This document shows, piece after piece, positions 50,221 through 60,873 of a stretch of DNA of 64,000 bases; the first letter of the stretch is position 1, and the number at the start of each line of letters is the position of its first letter. The stretch is from positions 1 through 64,000 of the forward strand of contig JBHLOC010000003.1 in NCBI GenBank assembly GCA_048940925.1, in the 5' to 3' direction. A model generated the notes under the pieces. The model saw nothing but the letters and a program-made list of their open reading frames with translations. It searched no databases and had not been told where the DNA came from. This DNA comes from Promethearchaeota archaeon. Its GTDB lineage: Archaea > Asgardarchaeota > Lokiarchaeia > Sigyniarchaeales > SOKP01. A program made the position numbers and the translations under genes.

Positions 50221-51684
50221 GTGATTATGTTAGATGTGAAAAAAGAAGAAATCTATTTTATGTCTGCTTATGAAATGGTGGATAAAATAAAAAGCCAAGA
50301 ATTGACTTCAGAAGAAATAACTGAAATAATCATAGAGAGAATAGAAAAAATTAATCCAATAATCAATGCTTATTGCACTCCTACCTTTGAACTAGCTCGA
50401 GAAACAGCTAAAAACGCAGATAAGGCTGTAAAAGAGGGAAATAAATTAGGATTATTACATGGGATACCCACTTCTATAAAGGATGAGACAGACACCAAGG
50501 GGATTAGAACCACTTATGGTAGTTATTTGTTCGAGAACAATGTCCCGAGGGAGGATGAAGCTGTAGTTAAAAGACTAAGGGATGCTGGTATTGTACTTTT
50601 GGGTAAAACTAATACACCTGCGTTTGGGTATAAAGGAGAAACAGATAACTTGATTTTCGGAGTTACTAAAAATCCTTGGAATTTGGAAAGAACCACGGGA
50701 GGGTCTAGTGGTGGTGCTGCCAGTGCTGTGGTTTCAGGATTAGGTCCCATCGGTATAGGATCCGATGGAGGTGGATCAATTAGGATTCCTAGTTGTTTTT
50801 GTGGGCTATATGGTCTTAAATCCACTTTTGGACGAGTTCCCCAGAGTACTATGAAATTAATGGGGTATCTTGGTACATTTACTCATAAAGGGCTTCTTGT
50901 ACGATATGTAAAAGACGCTGCCTTGGTATTGGATGTAATAGCAGGTCAAGATGATTCTGATAGGTATTCTGTTCCGAGACCAAATTATAGCTATGTAGAA
51001 AAGCTTGATGAGAAACCGACTAAACTCAAAATAGGATACTCGTTAGACTTAGGTTTCGCAGAAGCTCTTGATCCCGAGGTAGAGAAATCGGTTCTAAATG
51101 GAATTCAAAAATTTGAAGAATTCAGTTGGTCTATAGGAAAAATTAGAATAAGATTGAGGAATCCTGAATCAACTTTTTTAACTATCTGGAGCGCAGGATT
51201 TGCTTATACTCTTGGACCCTATTTGGAGACTGCAAAAGAGAAAATGGATCCTGGTCTTGTGGATTTGATTAATCTTGGTTTTACATTTTCTACAAAGGAA
51301 ATAAAGATAGCAGAAATTCAAAGAGAAACGATTTATGAAGAGATTTGTAAGATATTTAAAAAGGTTGATATTTTAATAACTCCAACAGTAGCATGTCCTG
51401 CTTTTGAACTTGGTAAATCAGAAGTAATAGACGAGGAAACTATGAAAACAGGCATTATTGTGAATGGAAAGAATATGACTATAGCAGGATGGTTCCCTTT
51501 TACTTATCCCTTCAATGCTAGCGGTCATCCAGCAGCCACGATTCCATGTGGGTGGTCAAAAAATGGTTTACCTATTGGAATGCAAATTGTGGGAAAAAGA
51601 TTTGATGAATTGACTGTTCTTCAGGTTTCAAAAGCATTTGAAGATATAGCCCCCTGGCAAGATAAAAAACCAATGTTTAACTAG
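50221..51684 (+). CDS. Amidase signature family protein
   Basis: SIKD, GKTN, GGSSGG, GSDGGGSIRIP. Confidence 0.92.
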   Translation: MIMLDVKKEEIYFMSAYEMVDKIKSQELTSEEITEIIIERIEKINPIINAYCTPTFELARETAKNADKAVKEGNKLGLLHGIPTSIKDETDTKGIRTTYGSYLFENNVPREDEAVVKRLRDAGIVLLGKTNTPAFGYKGETDNLIFGVTKNPWNLERTTGGSSGGAASAVVSGLGPIGIGSDGGGSIRIPSCFCGLYGLKSTFGRVPQSTMKLMGYLGTFTHKGLLVRYVKDAALVLDVIAGQDDSDRYSVPRPNYSYVEKLDEKPTKLKIGYSLDLGFAEALDPEVEKSVLNGIQKFEEFSWSIGKIRIRLRNPESTFLTIWSAGFAYTLGPYLETAKEKMDPGLVDLINLGFTFSTKEIKIAEIQRETIYEEICKIFKKVDILITPTVACPAFELGKSEVIDEETMKTGIIVNGKNMTIAGWFPFTYPFNASGHPAATIPCGWSKNGLPIGMQIVGKRFDELTVLQVSKAFEDIAPWQDKKPMFN

Positions 51685-51792
51685 ATTTTTTTTAATCTAT
51701 AATTCTAAATTAAGAGAGAAGAAACAGCTTTTAAAGAATATTAATTTTAGGATCTATATAACCTTAAAATTATTTTTATCAAGGTTTAAAAA

Positions 51793-53253
51793 TTGAAAGA
51801 AAATGAACTCTGTTTTATGCCTGCGTGGCAAATAAAAGAAAAAATTTCTTTGCAAGAATTCTCTTCTGAAGAAATAACAGAAATTTTCATTGACAGAATA
51901 GAGAAGATAAACCCCATAATTAATGCGTATTGTATTACTACATTTGACCTAGCCAGAGAGTTAGCCAAAAAAGCTGATAAGGCGGTGAAAAAAGGTGGAA
52001 AGTTAGGACTCTTACATGGCATTCCTACTTCCATCAAAGATAATGTTGATATTAAAGGAATTAGAACCACATTTGGTTGTAAAGCATTTGAAAATTATAT
52101 TGCATCTAACGATGATATCGCAGTCAAAAGATTGAAAAAAGCAGGAGTAGTCATATTAGGTAAAACAAATATGCCCGCCTTTGGGTATAAAGGAACCACA
52201 GATAATCTAATATTTGGCGCAACAAAAAATCCTTGGCATTTAGAAAGAACTGTAGGAGGATCTACGGGGGGAGGAGCAGCAGCAACAGCTTCTGGATTAA
52301 GTCCTTTAACGCAAGGTTCTGACGGAGGAGGATCTATCAGAATTCCAAGCAGTTTTTGTGGATTATATGGTATTAAACCAACATTTGGACGCATTCCACA
52401 GACATCTATGAAAATTGAAGGTAATATGGGTACATATGTTCAAAAGGGACCAATAGCTAGATTTGTAAAAGATGCGGCATTAATGTTAGATGCTTTAGTT
52501 GGAGCTGATGATATAGATAGATATTCTCTACCAAAACCAAATTATAGCTTCTATGATGCATTAGAAGAAACACCTAAAAAACTGAAAATAGGATATGCAA
52601 TAGATTTAGGAAATCTTGAAATTGTTCATTCTGAAGTTGAGAAAGCGGTATTTGATGCTGTTAAAAAATTTGAAGTATATGATTGGCCAGTTGAAAAAAG
52701 TAATATTAGTTTATTATCGAGTGGAAAAACACTCAGAGGAAATGTCAATATAGAAAATTATGGTTTAACTTGGTATATTTTATGGTCATACGGATTTGGA
52801 TATTTTATGAAGCCGATAATTGAACAATACGGAGATATTCTAGATCAAGAATTAGTACAACTAGCTCAATATGGATTGCAACTTTCCGCTGAAAATATTT
52901 ATACAGCAGAAATACAAAGGGAAATCATATATGATAATATATGTAGACATTTTAAAGAATTTGATATTTTAATTACTCCAACTATGGCATGTCCTGCTTT
53001 TGAATTAGGTGTATCCGCCCCAACTAAAATTGAGGGGAGGGAGGTTTCCGGAGGAGCCTATTCACCCTATACTCATCCCTTTAATATGAGCGGTCATCCA
53101 GCAGCATCAATTCCCTGTGGATGGTCGAGTGAAGGATTACCTATAGGGATGCAAATTATAGGGAAGAGGTTTGACGAGGTTACTGTTCTTCAGGTCTCTA
53201 AAGCATTTGAAGAAATTGCTCCATGGCAAGATAAAAAACCAATTTTTGAATAA
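51793..53253 (+). CDS. Amidase signature family protein (tandem paralog)
   Basis: SIKD, GGSTGG, GSDGGGSIRIP; long stretches shared with 50221. Confidence 0.92.
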   Translation: MKENELCFMPAWQIKEKISLQEFSSEEITEIFIDRIEKINPIINAYCITTFDLARELAKKADKAVKKGGKLGLLHGIPTSIKDNVDIKGIRTTFGCKAFENYIASNDDIAVKRLKKAGVVILGKTNMPAFGYKGTTDNLIFGATKNPWHLERTVGGSTGGGAAATASGLSPLTQGSDGGGSIRIPSSFCGLYGIKPTFGRIPQTSMKIEGNMGTYVQKGPIARFVKDAALMLDALVGADDIDRYSLPKPNYSFYDALEETPKKLKIGYAIDLGNLEIVHSEVEKAVFDAVKKFEVYDWPVEKSNISLLSSGKTLRGNVNIENYGLTWYILWSYGFGYFMKPIIEQYGDILDQELVQLAQYGLQLSAENIYTAEIQREIIYDNICRHFKEFDILITPTMACPAFELGVSAPTKIEGREVSGGAYSPYTHPFNMSGHPAASIPCGWSSEGLPIGMQIIGKRFDEVTVLQVSKAFEEIAPWQDKKPIFE

Positions 53254-53449
53254 TATTAATAATTCTTTGACAATTTAGTACGTTTTACATTTTAAAATAA
53301 CCAATATTTTATTTTTCACATTTATTTTAATACTTCACCTAGCTATTTTTAGTTAAACTTCATAAAAACAATTTTTTTAAATTGTCCTTAATAATTCTAA
53401 GTATAACAATTATTTTACAACTTATAGCTAAAAACAAAAAGAGAGAAAA

Positions 53450-53989
53450 TTGAGTAAAATGGCACGACCATATCAAAAAGCTAATATTCCTGGTCCTGAG
53501 ATGGGCACCTCTGTCTCAGATCCAGCAGTGATGGCAAATTTACTTAAAGCACCTAAAAAGAAGGTCTTCGTTATAGGCGCTGAATCCCTAACCTGGGAAC
53601 TTGATGGGAAAAAGCTTGCAGATTATTTCATTGAAATAGCAAATAAACTTGATTGTCATGTAGTCTCAACAGGACATGCATACAAATATTTGAAAGATAA
53701 AATAGCTGATAACAATTTATTCGATATGTCTTTAATAAATATTACAAACCGTTTATCTGATAAAGATTGGGCTGGTTTTGATGGTGAAGGACAATATTCG
53801 ATGGTCATTTTCGGGGGACATATTGTATTTTACGTCTCTCAAACATTATCTCGTCTCAAGAACTTTACTAACTGGTTAAGAACGATTGATCTAGATAAAT
53901 ATTCTCATCCGAATGCTCGATTTAGCTTACCAAATTTAAGTGAAGCAGATTGGAAAACATTTTTAGAAAATTTAATTGAAAAGTTATAA
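53450..53989 (+). CDS. cdhB: CO dehydrogenase/acetyl-CoA synthase epsilon subunit
   Basis: PYQKANIPG, DKDWAGFDGEGQY, SQTLSRLKNF, HPNARFS; directly upstream of cdhC. Confidence 0.88.
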   Translation: MSKMARPYQKANIPGPEMGTSVSDPAVMANLLKAPKKKVFVIGAESLTWELDGKKLADYFIEIANKLDCHVVSTGHAYKYLKDKIADNNLFDMSLINITNRLSDKDWAGFDGEGQYSMVIFGGHIVFYVSQTLSRLKNFTNWLRTIDLDKYSHPNARFSLPNLSEADWKTFLENLIEKL

Positions 53990-54047
53990 AAGTTAAAATA
54001 TTGAAATAAATTACCAAAATGAAAATTCAAATAAGGAGATATGTAAA

Positions 54048-55472
54048 ATGAGTTTTGCAGATTTACCTTTTGACGTAGGACCTGTTTACGAGGGTGAACG
54101 TATAAGAGGTAATCAAATGTATGTTGAACTTGGCGGTCCTAAGATAAATAAGCATTTTGAGCTCGTAAGGGTCAAGCCAGAAAAGGAAATCGAGGATGGA
54201 AAAGTTTCAATTATAGGGCCAAATATTAAAGATATGAAAGAGGGTGAGCGATATCCAATAGGTATTTTAGTCGAAGTAGCGGGTCCAGAATTGGAAGAAG
54301 ATTTAGAAGCAGTGTTTGAGAGGAGAGTTCATGAATTTTGTAATTTTATAAATGGAGTTATGCATCTGAACCAAAGGTATACAAATTGGATGAGACTCTC
54401 AAAGACTCTTATTAGTAAAGGTTTTGATGATCTTACTATGTTGGGCACAGTTCTAATCCGACTCTATAAAGCAGAATTACCAATTATCAAAAAAGCACAG
54501 GTAACTTTACTAACAGACCCTAAAGAAATTGAAGAACCATATAATTTCGCTATGGGTATATACAATAAAAGAGATGAAAGAGCTCGGACTATTCATGATG
54601 AAGATGTTGATATGTATTACGGTTGTGTACTCTGTCAGTCATTTGCCCCAACTCATGCTTGTTGTATTACACCTGATAGAACGTCCCTATGTGGTAGTAT
54701 TAACTGGTTTGATGCTAGAGCCGCAGCAAAGGTGGATCCGAAAGGACCACTATTCGAGGTACCACCAGGTGAATGTGTGAATAAAGATGCTGGAGAGTTT
54801 ACTGGTGTAAATGAGATGATAAAGAAACGTTCTTTAGGTGAAATCAAAAGAATATATCTTTACAGCGGAATGGAATTTCCACATACATCTTGTGGATGCT
54901 TTGAGGCTATTGATTTTTACATTCCTGAAGTAAATGGTCATGGGATAGTTGATAGAAATTATGGTGATGTCGCAATCAACGGATTACCCTTCTCAGCTAT
55001 GGCGAATCAAACAGGGGGCGGAAAGCAGATGCCTGGTTTTAACGGAGTAAGTTTCCAATATATTGGCTCTCCAAAATATCAATTATATGACGGATTACAA
55101 TTGGGACTTGAAAGTGGCATTTACACAATCGTATGGATGCCAACAACCGTGAAAGAAAGAGTAGCGGAGTTTATTCCAGAGGATTTGATCGATAAAATAG
55201 CAACAGAGGAAGATGTTCAAGATATTAATCAATTAAAAACCTGGCTGAAAGAGAAGAATCATCCTATTGTGAGTACATGGACTGAGATGGAAGAAGTGGA
55301 AGAAGAAGAGGAATGGGAGGAAGAAAGTGCAATGGTTCCTATGGGAACAGTTGGACTGACGATTCCTGGAGCTGGAGGTGCGGGAGGATTTAAAGTAATC
55401 TTAAAGAATTGTAAAATACACGCAGAATCAATAATAATTAAGAAAATCGAGACTAAACGCAGGAAGAAATAA
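54048..55472 (+). CDS. cdhC: Acetyl-CoA synthase beta subunit
   Basis: YEGERIR, FERRVH, CVLCQSFAP, SLCG, HTSCGCFE; acidic linker and C-terminal tail. Confidence 0.95.
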   Translation: MSFADLPFDVGPVYEGERIRGNQMYVELGGPKINKHFELVRVKPEKEIEDGKVSIIGPNIKDMKEGERYPIGILVEVAGPELEEDLEAVFERRVHEFCNFINGVMHLNQRYTNWMRLSKTLISKGFDDLTMLGTVLIRLYKAELPIIKKAQVTLLTDPKEIEEPYNFAMGIYNKRDERARTIHDEDVDMYYGCVLCQSFAPTHACCITPDRTSLCGSINWFDARAAAKVDPKGPLFEVPPGECVNKDAGEFTGVNEMIKKRSLGEIKRIYLYSGMEFPHTSCGCFEAIDFYIPEVNGHGIVDRNYGDVAINGLPFSAMANQTGGGKQMPGFNGVSFQYIGSPKYQLYDGLQLGLESGIYTIVWMPTTVKERVAEFIPEDLIDKIATEEDVQDINQLKTWLKEKNHPIVSTWTEMEEVEEEEEWEEESAMVPMGTVGLTIPGAGGAGGFKVILKNCKIHAESIIIKKIETKRRKK

Positions 55473-55653
55473 TGTTTTTATTAATATCTTTTTTTAATTT
55501 TTTTTGAATTTTTATTTACACTAAACTTTAGTTCTAATCTTTCATTAAGTAATTTCTTACTTAAAAAGAATACATACTTTACATATATCAATTTTTTTTT
55601 GTAAAAATATCAAGTTTAAAATAAGTTAGAATATATCATTAATTAATCCAATA

Positions 55654-56217
55654 TTGAAAAAAGTGGTTTTCATGAGTTATGAACCCAATATATATGACCC
55701 ATCTGATAAAATTGAAATTGAAGAAACTTTAAGAGGGCAAGCTACAGGGATAATTTGTGTTGATGTTTGTGCTGTTATACTATTCATAGTAGTTTCGATA
55801 GCAACTATAATCATATCGGAAGGTAGTATTATAGGGATTGTCATAGTCATATTTATCTGGATCGCCATGACTGGAATTGGTCTTTGGTCTTACCATTATA
55901 TAAGAGGTAGCGGTAAAATAAGAAAATTTATTATCACAAATGATTATATTAGTATTCAAGTACCAGATAATCCCCCTTTCACTGTAAATGTATCAGATTT
56001 TAATACAATTGAAACGAGAAGAATAATAACAGGATATAAATATACCAAAAAAGCATTTTATATTTTTACGTTTACTGGTCCGAATTATTCAAATAGTCAT
56101 CAAATTCAAAGTCAAAAAGATTTTTCAAGAAAAGCAATAAAAAAATTTCGACGAGAGTTAGAGGATTTTTCCGCGAGGAAAGGTCTAAACTATAGTTTTC
56201 GGAAAGGTAGAAGGTAA
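55654..56217 (+). CDS. Hypothetical protein, 2 TM plus soluble beta-rich domain
   Basis: Two hydrophobic helices followed by a polar domain. Confidence 0.65.
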   Translation: MKKVVFMSYEPNIYDPSDKIEIEETLRGQATGIICVDVCAVILFIVVSIATIIISEGSIIGIVIVIFIWIAMTGIGLWSYHYIRGSGKIRKFIITNDYISIQVPDNPPFTVNVSDFNTIETRRIITGYKYTKKAFYIFTFTGPNYSNSHQIQSQKDFSRKAIKKFRRELEDFSARKGLNYSFRKGRR

Positions 56218-56545
56218 TAATTATCTAGTAATTCTTTTTTTTATTTCTTTAATATTAAATACAAGTTTTAAAATATTGATTTCAATTTCAACATTAAATT
56301 CTCTAGACAATTAATATTAATTACCATGGAAGATATTAGATCCAGTTATTAATAGGAAACCTATTTATGTTAAATACAGTGAAAGAATATTAGGATAAAA
56401 AGATATAAAAAATTATAAGATTTTTTTTGTTTTGTAGTATATTTATACGTATTGACGCAAAAATCATAAAAAATAAAATCGATATATATAACAATAATTA
56501 ATTATTTTTAATTAGGACTAAATTATCTATTATCAAGATGGGTAT

Positions 56546-57265
56546 ATGGCTTTTTTTCAACTGGATATTACAAGATTCTTAACCGTCTATATCGTTCAAG
56601 GGGTAATGTTTGGAATATTTGCTTATTTAGCCTATAAAATCCTAAAACGAGATAGGAAACAACTGAATATGATTTTTTCTGGTTTTTATATATGTGTTGC
56701 TATTAGTTTATTTATCAACTTTATATATGCCCCTATTAACAATGAAGATGTGGTGCTTATAATGAATTTCATAACAAATTTTTTTGCTTTCTATTCCCCT
56801 ATCTTTATACTTGTTTTTGAATTAATCCTATTGAAGTCAAAGTATGTCATGAGTTTTGGTAAACAGTTTATAATATTAATTTTATATGGAATAGCGATTT
56901 TTAGCATGATAATTTTTCTCTTTATTGAAAATTGGGGTGTGGAAATTGGTCCCCCCGAATGGACACCCCATTGGATGATCCCCTTTTTTCTTTATATAGT
57001 GTGTTTAGCCTCTTTAATAATAGTGGGACCAACCCTTTACCTTTCTTTCAAAATATATAAGAAATTTAGTGATAGTATGTTAAAGAAAAAATGGAGATAT
57101 TTTACATTTGGTTTATGTGCGATTTATATATTTATGTATAGTATTTTTATTTCTAATACATTACATATTCCTACATTTAGAGCAATAATTGGAATCTTAA
57201 GTTTAATATTGGTAATAACAGGCGGATATTTAATGTATATTGGTGTAGGTCGACAATTAGAGTAA
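56546..57265 (+). CDS. Stand-alone 7TM membrane protein
   Basis: Seven hydrophobic segments; paralog of 59201. Confidence 0.75.
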   Translation: MAFFQLDITRFLTVYIVQGVMFGIFAYLAYKILKRDRKQLNMIFSGFYICVAISLFINFIYAPINNEDVVLIMNFITNFFAFYSPIFILVFELILLKSKYVMSFGKQFIILILYGIAIFSMIIFLFIENWGVEIGPPEWTPHWMIPFFLYIVCLASLIIVGPTLYLSFKIYKKFSDSMLKKKWRYFTFGLCAIYIFMYSIFISNTLHIPTFRAIIGILSLILVITGGYLMYIGVGRQLE

Positions 57266-57486
57266 GAATATTTAATATATAAAGGGAGATAACATATATT
57301 TTTTAAATTATTAAGCAGTTATTGGGATTAATTTCTCAAGATAATAACAGAATTATGTCGTTCTAATACTACGAATAATCACATAAGACCAATATATTTA
57401 AATATTTAAATTGCGGTATACAATAAGAGCATTTATATAAGAGTATCTCCTATAAGCAAATTAGTTTAAACCTATTCTAGACAGAT

Positions 57487-57942
57487 ATGTTAATACGAGA
57501 AGCAGGTATTTTATTCCAAGGAATTCCCATTATATTTACTAGTTATCATAGGGCTAGTAAGGACGAAACCAATCTAATTTGTTCGAGTGGATTAATGAGT
57601 GGGTTATTAACATTTGCTGAATGTTTAATGGAGCCAGTTGAATATTTTGAAAGCAGTAAATATTCAGTAATTTTTAAAAAAGGAACACTTATTGATTATT
57701 ATGGAAAAACGCAGGAAATTGTTGCATTTATTGTATTAGATAAAGATGAAAGACTTGAAAAATATTTAAACAAATCTATTTTACCGCTTTTAGAAAAATT
57801 ATTAAAAAGATTTAAAGTTCAATTTAATGGATGCAATCTTACTAAAATGGCTCAGTTTGAGTCTTTTAAAGTGACACTTGATAAACTTTTCGGAACAGGC
57901 ACTCAAACCTTGGAAGAAAAAGTAGTCTCTTTATTGCTTTGA
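57487..57942 (+). CDS. Longin-like domain protein
   Basis: GIL..GIP, SGLMSGLLTFAE, F...F.G...F..F...LD pattern. Confidence 0.6.
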   Translation: MLIREAGILFQGIPIIFTSYHRASKDETNLICSSGLMSGLLTFAECLMEPVEYFESSKYSVIFKKGTLIDYYGKTQEIVAFIVLDKDERLEKYLNKSILPLLEKLLKRFKVQFNGCNLTKMAQFESFKVTLDKLFGTGTQTLEEKVVSLLL

Positions 57943-57981
57943 ATGAAATAGTTAAAAATAGAGGAAATTAGGTCAATTAAA

Positions 57982-59085
57982 CTAATTTACACGAGAAAAA
58001 AATATTTCCCTGACTTTATTAAATAGTGGTTTGTTCTCATCAAGGGTTTTTAAATTTAGGACATGCGATCCTCCATTAGGATAGTAAGCCATTATAACTG
58101 AATCATATAATGTCCAATTGAAATTAGAGTACCCAACATCGTATCCAACTATATTGAATCCTTTTTCAAGAGCAAGAGACATTGAGTATATCCCATTTTG
58201 AGTCGTGGGGATTCTCCACAAGATAATTCTCCAATTATTATGGGTATTAAGTAATTGAGTTAATGACTTCTCCTTAATATATCCATACATATTATATCTC
58301 CCTCCATAGAAATCCCTGGATACACCGTAAAGTTCATATCCTTTATTTTTTTTGCATTTTTCAAAAATTAAGATATCTTTATTCATTTTTTTTGACTTAG
58401 TTCTAACAAAATCATAAAAGAAAACAAAATCCTCATTATCTAATAAATAAACCTCTTTTTCTCTTTTTTTCCATAGAGTTTTAAATATAATTGAATAAAG
58501 AATTGCAGCTTCTTCACGTAACGCAGGAATAGGGGTATCATGATCATTCATAAATTTTCTTTTATCTCCATAATTGAGATACGCAGGGACTAACCCATAG
58601 GGTATCGCTCCAGCATTACGAATAAGTTTTTGAGCACCAATCTTCATTCCTCGAGTTTCCCCATCAAGTCTTAAAACATCCTTGAATTGAGGCAATTTGG
58701 TAGCAGAAACTATACCTGCTGCACCCATTTTTACTCCTAATCCAACGTCTTGAAACTTTTTCCTCACAACCATTCTACTCGCTCGTGCAATATACTTATT
58801 TTTTTCTACTAATCCAGCACCTCCGATTTCATTGGTTTCTAATAAGTCTCCTACGAACCAAAAATTCCCTTTGTTTAATAACTCTTGTTTTAATAGTTCA
58901 CTATCATAAACATATGGATTGATATATTCATAATTATATATTTCTTTGAAAATCTTAGAGATTGATTCAGCGTCATCTGGATTTGCTAATCGCAAACCAA
59001 ATTCTTCACCATTTTTTGATAAAAACTTGTGAATATATACATTATCTTCTTGAAATTCCGAAAATTTCTTACTTATACTATGCAT
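57982..59085 (-). CDS. GNAT-fold protein
   Basis: LRLANPDD, YPY-like, VVRKKFQDVGLG. Confidence 0.6.
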   Translation of the reverse strand: MHSISKKFSEFQEDNVYIHKFLSKNGEEFGLRLANPDDAESISKIFKEIYNYEYINPYVYDSELLKQELLNKGNFWFVGDLLETNEIGGAGLVEKNKYIARASRMVVRKKFQDVGLGVKMGAAGIVSATKLPQFKDVLRLDGETRGMKIGAQKLIRNAGAIPYGLVPAYLNYGDKRKFMNDHDTPIPALREEAAILYSIIFKTLWKKREKEVYLLDNEDFVFFYDFVRTKSKKMNKDILIFEKCKKNKGYELYGVSRDFYGGRYNMYGYIKEKSLTQLLNTHNNWRIILWRIPTTQNGIYSMSLALEKGFNIVGYDVGYSNFNWTLYDSVIMAYYPNGGSHVLNLKTLDENKPLFNKVREIFFSRVN

Positions 59086-59200
59086 TCAAATCGCCTTATT
59101 ACAAATTTTTTTAGAGAGCTAATTAATACTGATTAAAAGTATATAAATAATTTTCTATTTTTTCACGTGAAAAAATAGAATTTGTTCTAATAAAAGAAGC

Positions 59201-59980
59201 TTATTTATGTAATCTATAGCCGATTCCATAATACATTAAAAAACCCCAGATTATTATTGTAGTGCTATATAAGGTAAAAAATAAATTAAAAGTAGGGCTT
59301 TCTCCAAAATAAAAATATTTAATCCAATTTATAAGGTTATTTACAAAAACCACATATGCGATACTAAACGAGCCCAAAGAACCAATAAAATAATAGAACC
59401 ATTTTTTTTTAAGAGCATCCGTTGTAAAACTATGGTAAATTTTCAAGGATGTAATTATTATAGGTATAATTGCGAAACTAGTAATAACGGAAACTACAAA
59501 TATGAAAAAAAAAGGTGTCCAACTAATCCCTGATGTACTTATTATGACTCCCCATCGTCCGATTGCTGTAGGTGATAAGTTTCTTACTCCATCCAAGATA
59601 TAAAATATTAACATTCCGATTAAAAGTATAATACCATAATATAGAATAAATTTATTTTGTCTTTTTACAGAGAAAATTATTGTCGATTCTATTATTATCA
59701 AATTTACAATAAGAATAAAAATCGGTCCAAAACATATAAAGAAATTAGCCCAAAAATTAAGAATTAGAATTGTTGTTTCATCTGTTAATGCACCAAAATA
59801 AATCATATTTAAAATTAAACTAATAATTGTACATATAAAAAAACCGCTAAACATATAATTTAATCGTTGTCTTTTTCTTCTTATTATTTGATAAGCCAAT
59901 ATTGAAAAATATATTACGAAAATACTAAAGACAACATAGATTAATATAAATCTTGACGTATCATTCTGAAAGAGAGTGAT
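59201..59980 (-). CDS. Stand-alone 7TM membrane protein; probable ATC start
   Basis: 27 extra in-frame codons (ITLFQNDTSRFILIYVV...) align with the N-terminus of 56546 (MAFFQLDITRFLTVYIV). Confidence 0.75.
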   Translation of the reverse strand: MTLFQNDTSRFILIYVVFSIFVIYFSILAYQIIRRKRQRLNYMFSGFFICTIISLILNMIYFGALTDETTILILNFWANFFICFGPIFILIVNLIIIESTIIFSVKRQNKFILYYGIILLIGMLIFYILDGVRNLSPTAIGRWGVIISTSGISWTPFFFIFVVSVITSFAIIPIIITSLKIYHSFTTDALKKKWFYYFIGSLGSFSIAYVVFVNNLINWIKYFYFGESPTFNLFFTLYSTTIIIWGFLMYYGIGYRLHK

Positions 59981-60151
59981 TTTTTTTCACCAATCTTGAA
60001 TACATTAATACTTACTTAATTAAGTTTTAAAAATTTTTCATTAATATAATATCACAATATGGTTTTAAATAGATTTGATTAAAGAATTTTTCTTTTTAAT
60101 ATTTGTTGAATGAATTTCATAATTTTGATAATTTTAAGATATAATATTTAT

Positions 60152-60727
60152 TTACTTTGAAATTAAATTTTTCAATTTTCGAGCAATTTTCCATTCTTTC
60201 ATATATTTTACTACACTTTTAGGAACTAAATGCTCCCAAGGCTCTCCTTTAATCATAGATTCACGTATATCCCTTGAGCTAAGTCCTTTTTTCTCTAATG
60301 GAACTTCCCATAACACATGAATTTTTAAACCTAGCGATTCAAAGTATTTTTTTTTTTGACGTCCCCAATCATCATAGATAGTAAGAAAAAATATAGCATC
60401 GATCGGAACATAATATTTAATAAGTTCAGGTACATTTATAGGAAAAGGGACGATGGAAAATTCTGATAAACTTAAACCTTGTTCTAAAAGAGCTGCTTGT
60501 ACCATGACATACCGTTCATAATAAGTTAAAGGATTTGATAATGGAGTGCTCCTGTGAGGATTTGTTTTTGAATATTTGGTTAAAGAGGGATCAGGATTAG
60601 TAATCCCTATAATAAGATGTTCACAAAATTCCTTACCAGCAAGAAGGTATTTAATATGATCATTATGTAATACTTGAAATCTACCATGAATCACACCAAT
60701 TTTATATTTATGTTTTGAGTTTCCCAT
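60152..60727 (-). CDS. Nicotinamide/nicotinate-nucleotide adenylyltransferase-like (HxxH nucleotidyltransferase)
   Basis: HGRFQVLHNDH, NPLTYYER, SSRDIR, WEHLVP. Confidence 0.85.
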   Translation of the reverse strand: MGNSKHKYKIGVIHGRFQVLHNDHIKYLLAGKEFCEHLIIGITNPDPSLTKYSKTNPHRSTPLSNPLTYYERYVMVQAALLEQGLSLSEFSIVPFPINVPELIKYYVPIDAIFFLTIYDDWGRQKKKYFESLGLKIHVLWEVPLEKKGLSSRDIRESMIKGEPWEHLVPKSVVKYMKEWKIARKLKNLISK

Positions 60728-60873
60728 TTTAATGCTAAATCTTGAATTTTTTTTAATTAAGCATTTGTGCTAAATAATTTTTCTTCACTATTTTGCAAGA
60801 CTTCTACCCCTTATAAAGCTCGTTTGTATATAAGTATTAAACTAATTTTAACAAAATAATTTCAATATTATAA

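Noticed and set aside
52710-52755. About 13-aa insertion in amidase 2 with hairpin GAGTG-GAAAAA-CACTC as a second intron
   Set aside because: No stops; the best BHB-like register I found would remove 35 nt and break the frame.
50221-53253. gatA assignment
   Set aside because: Two paralogs, no gatB/gatC, and GSDGGGS rather than the GatA-typical GSDTGGS.
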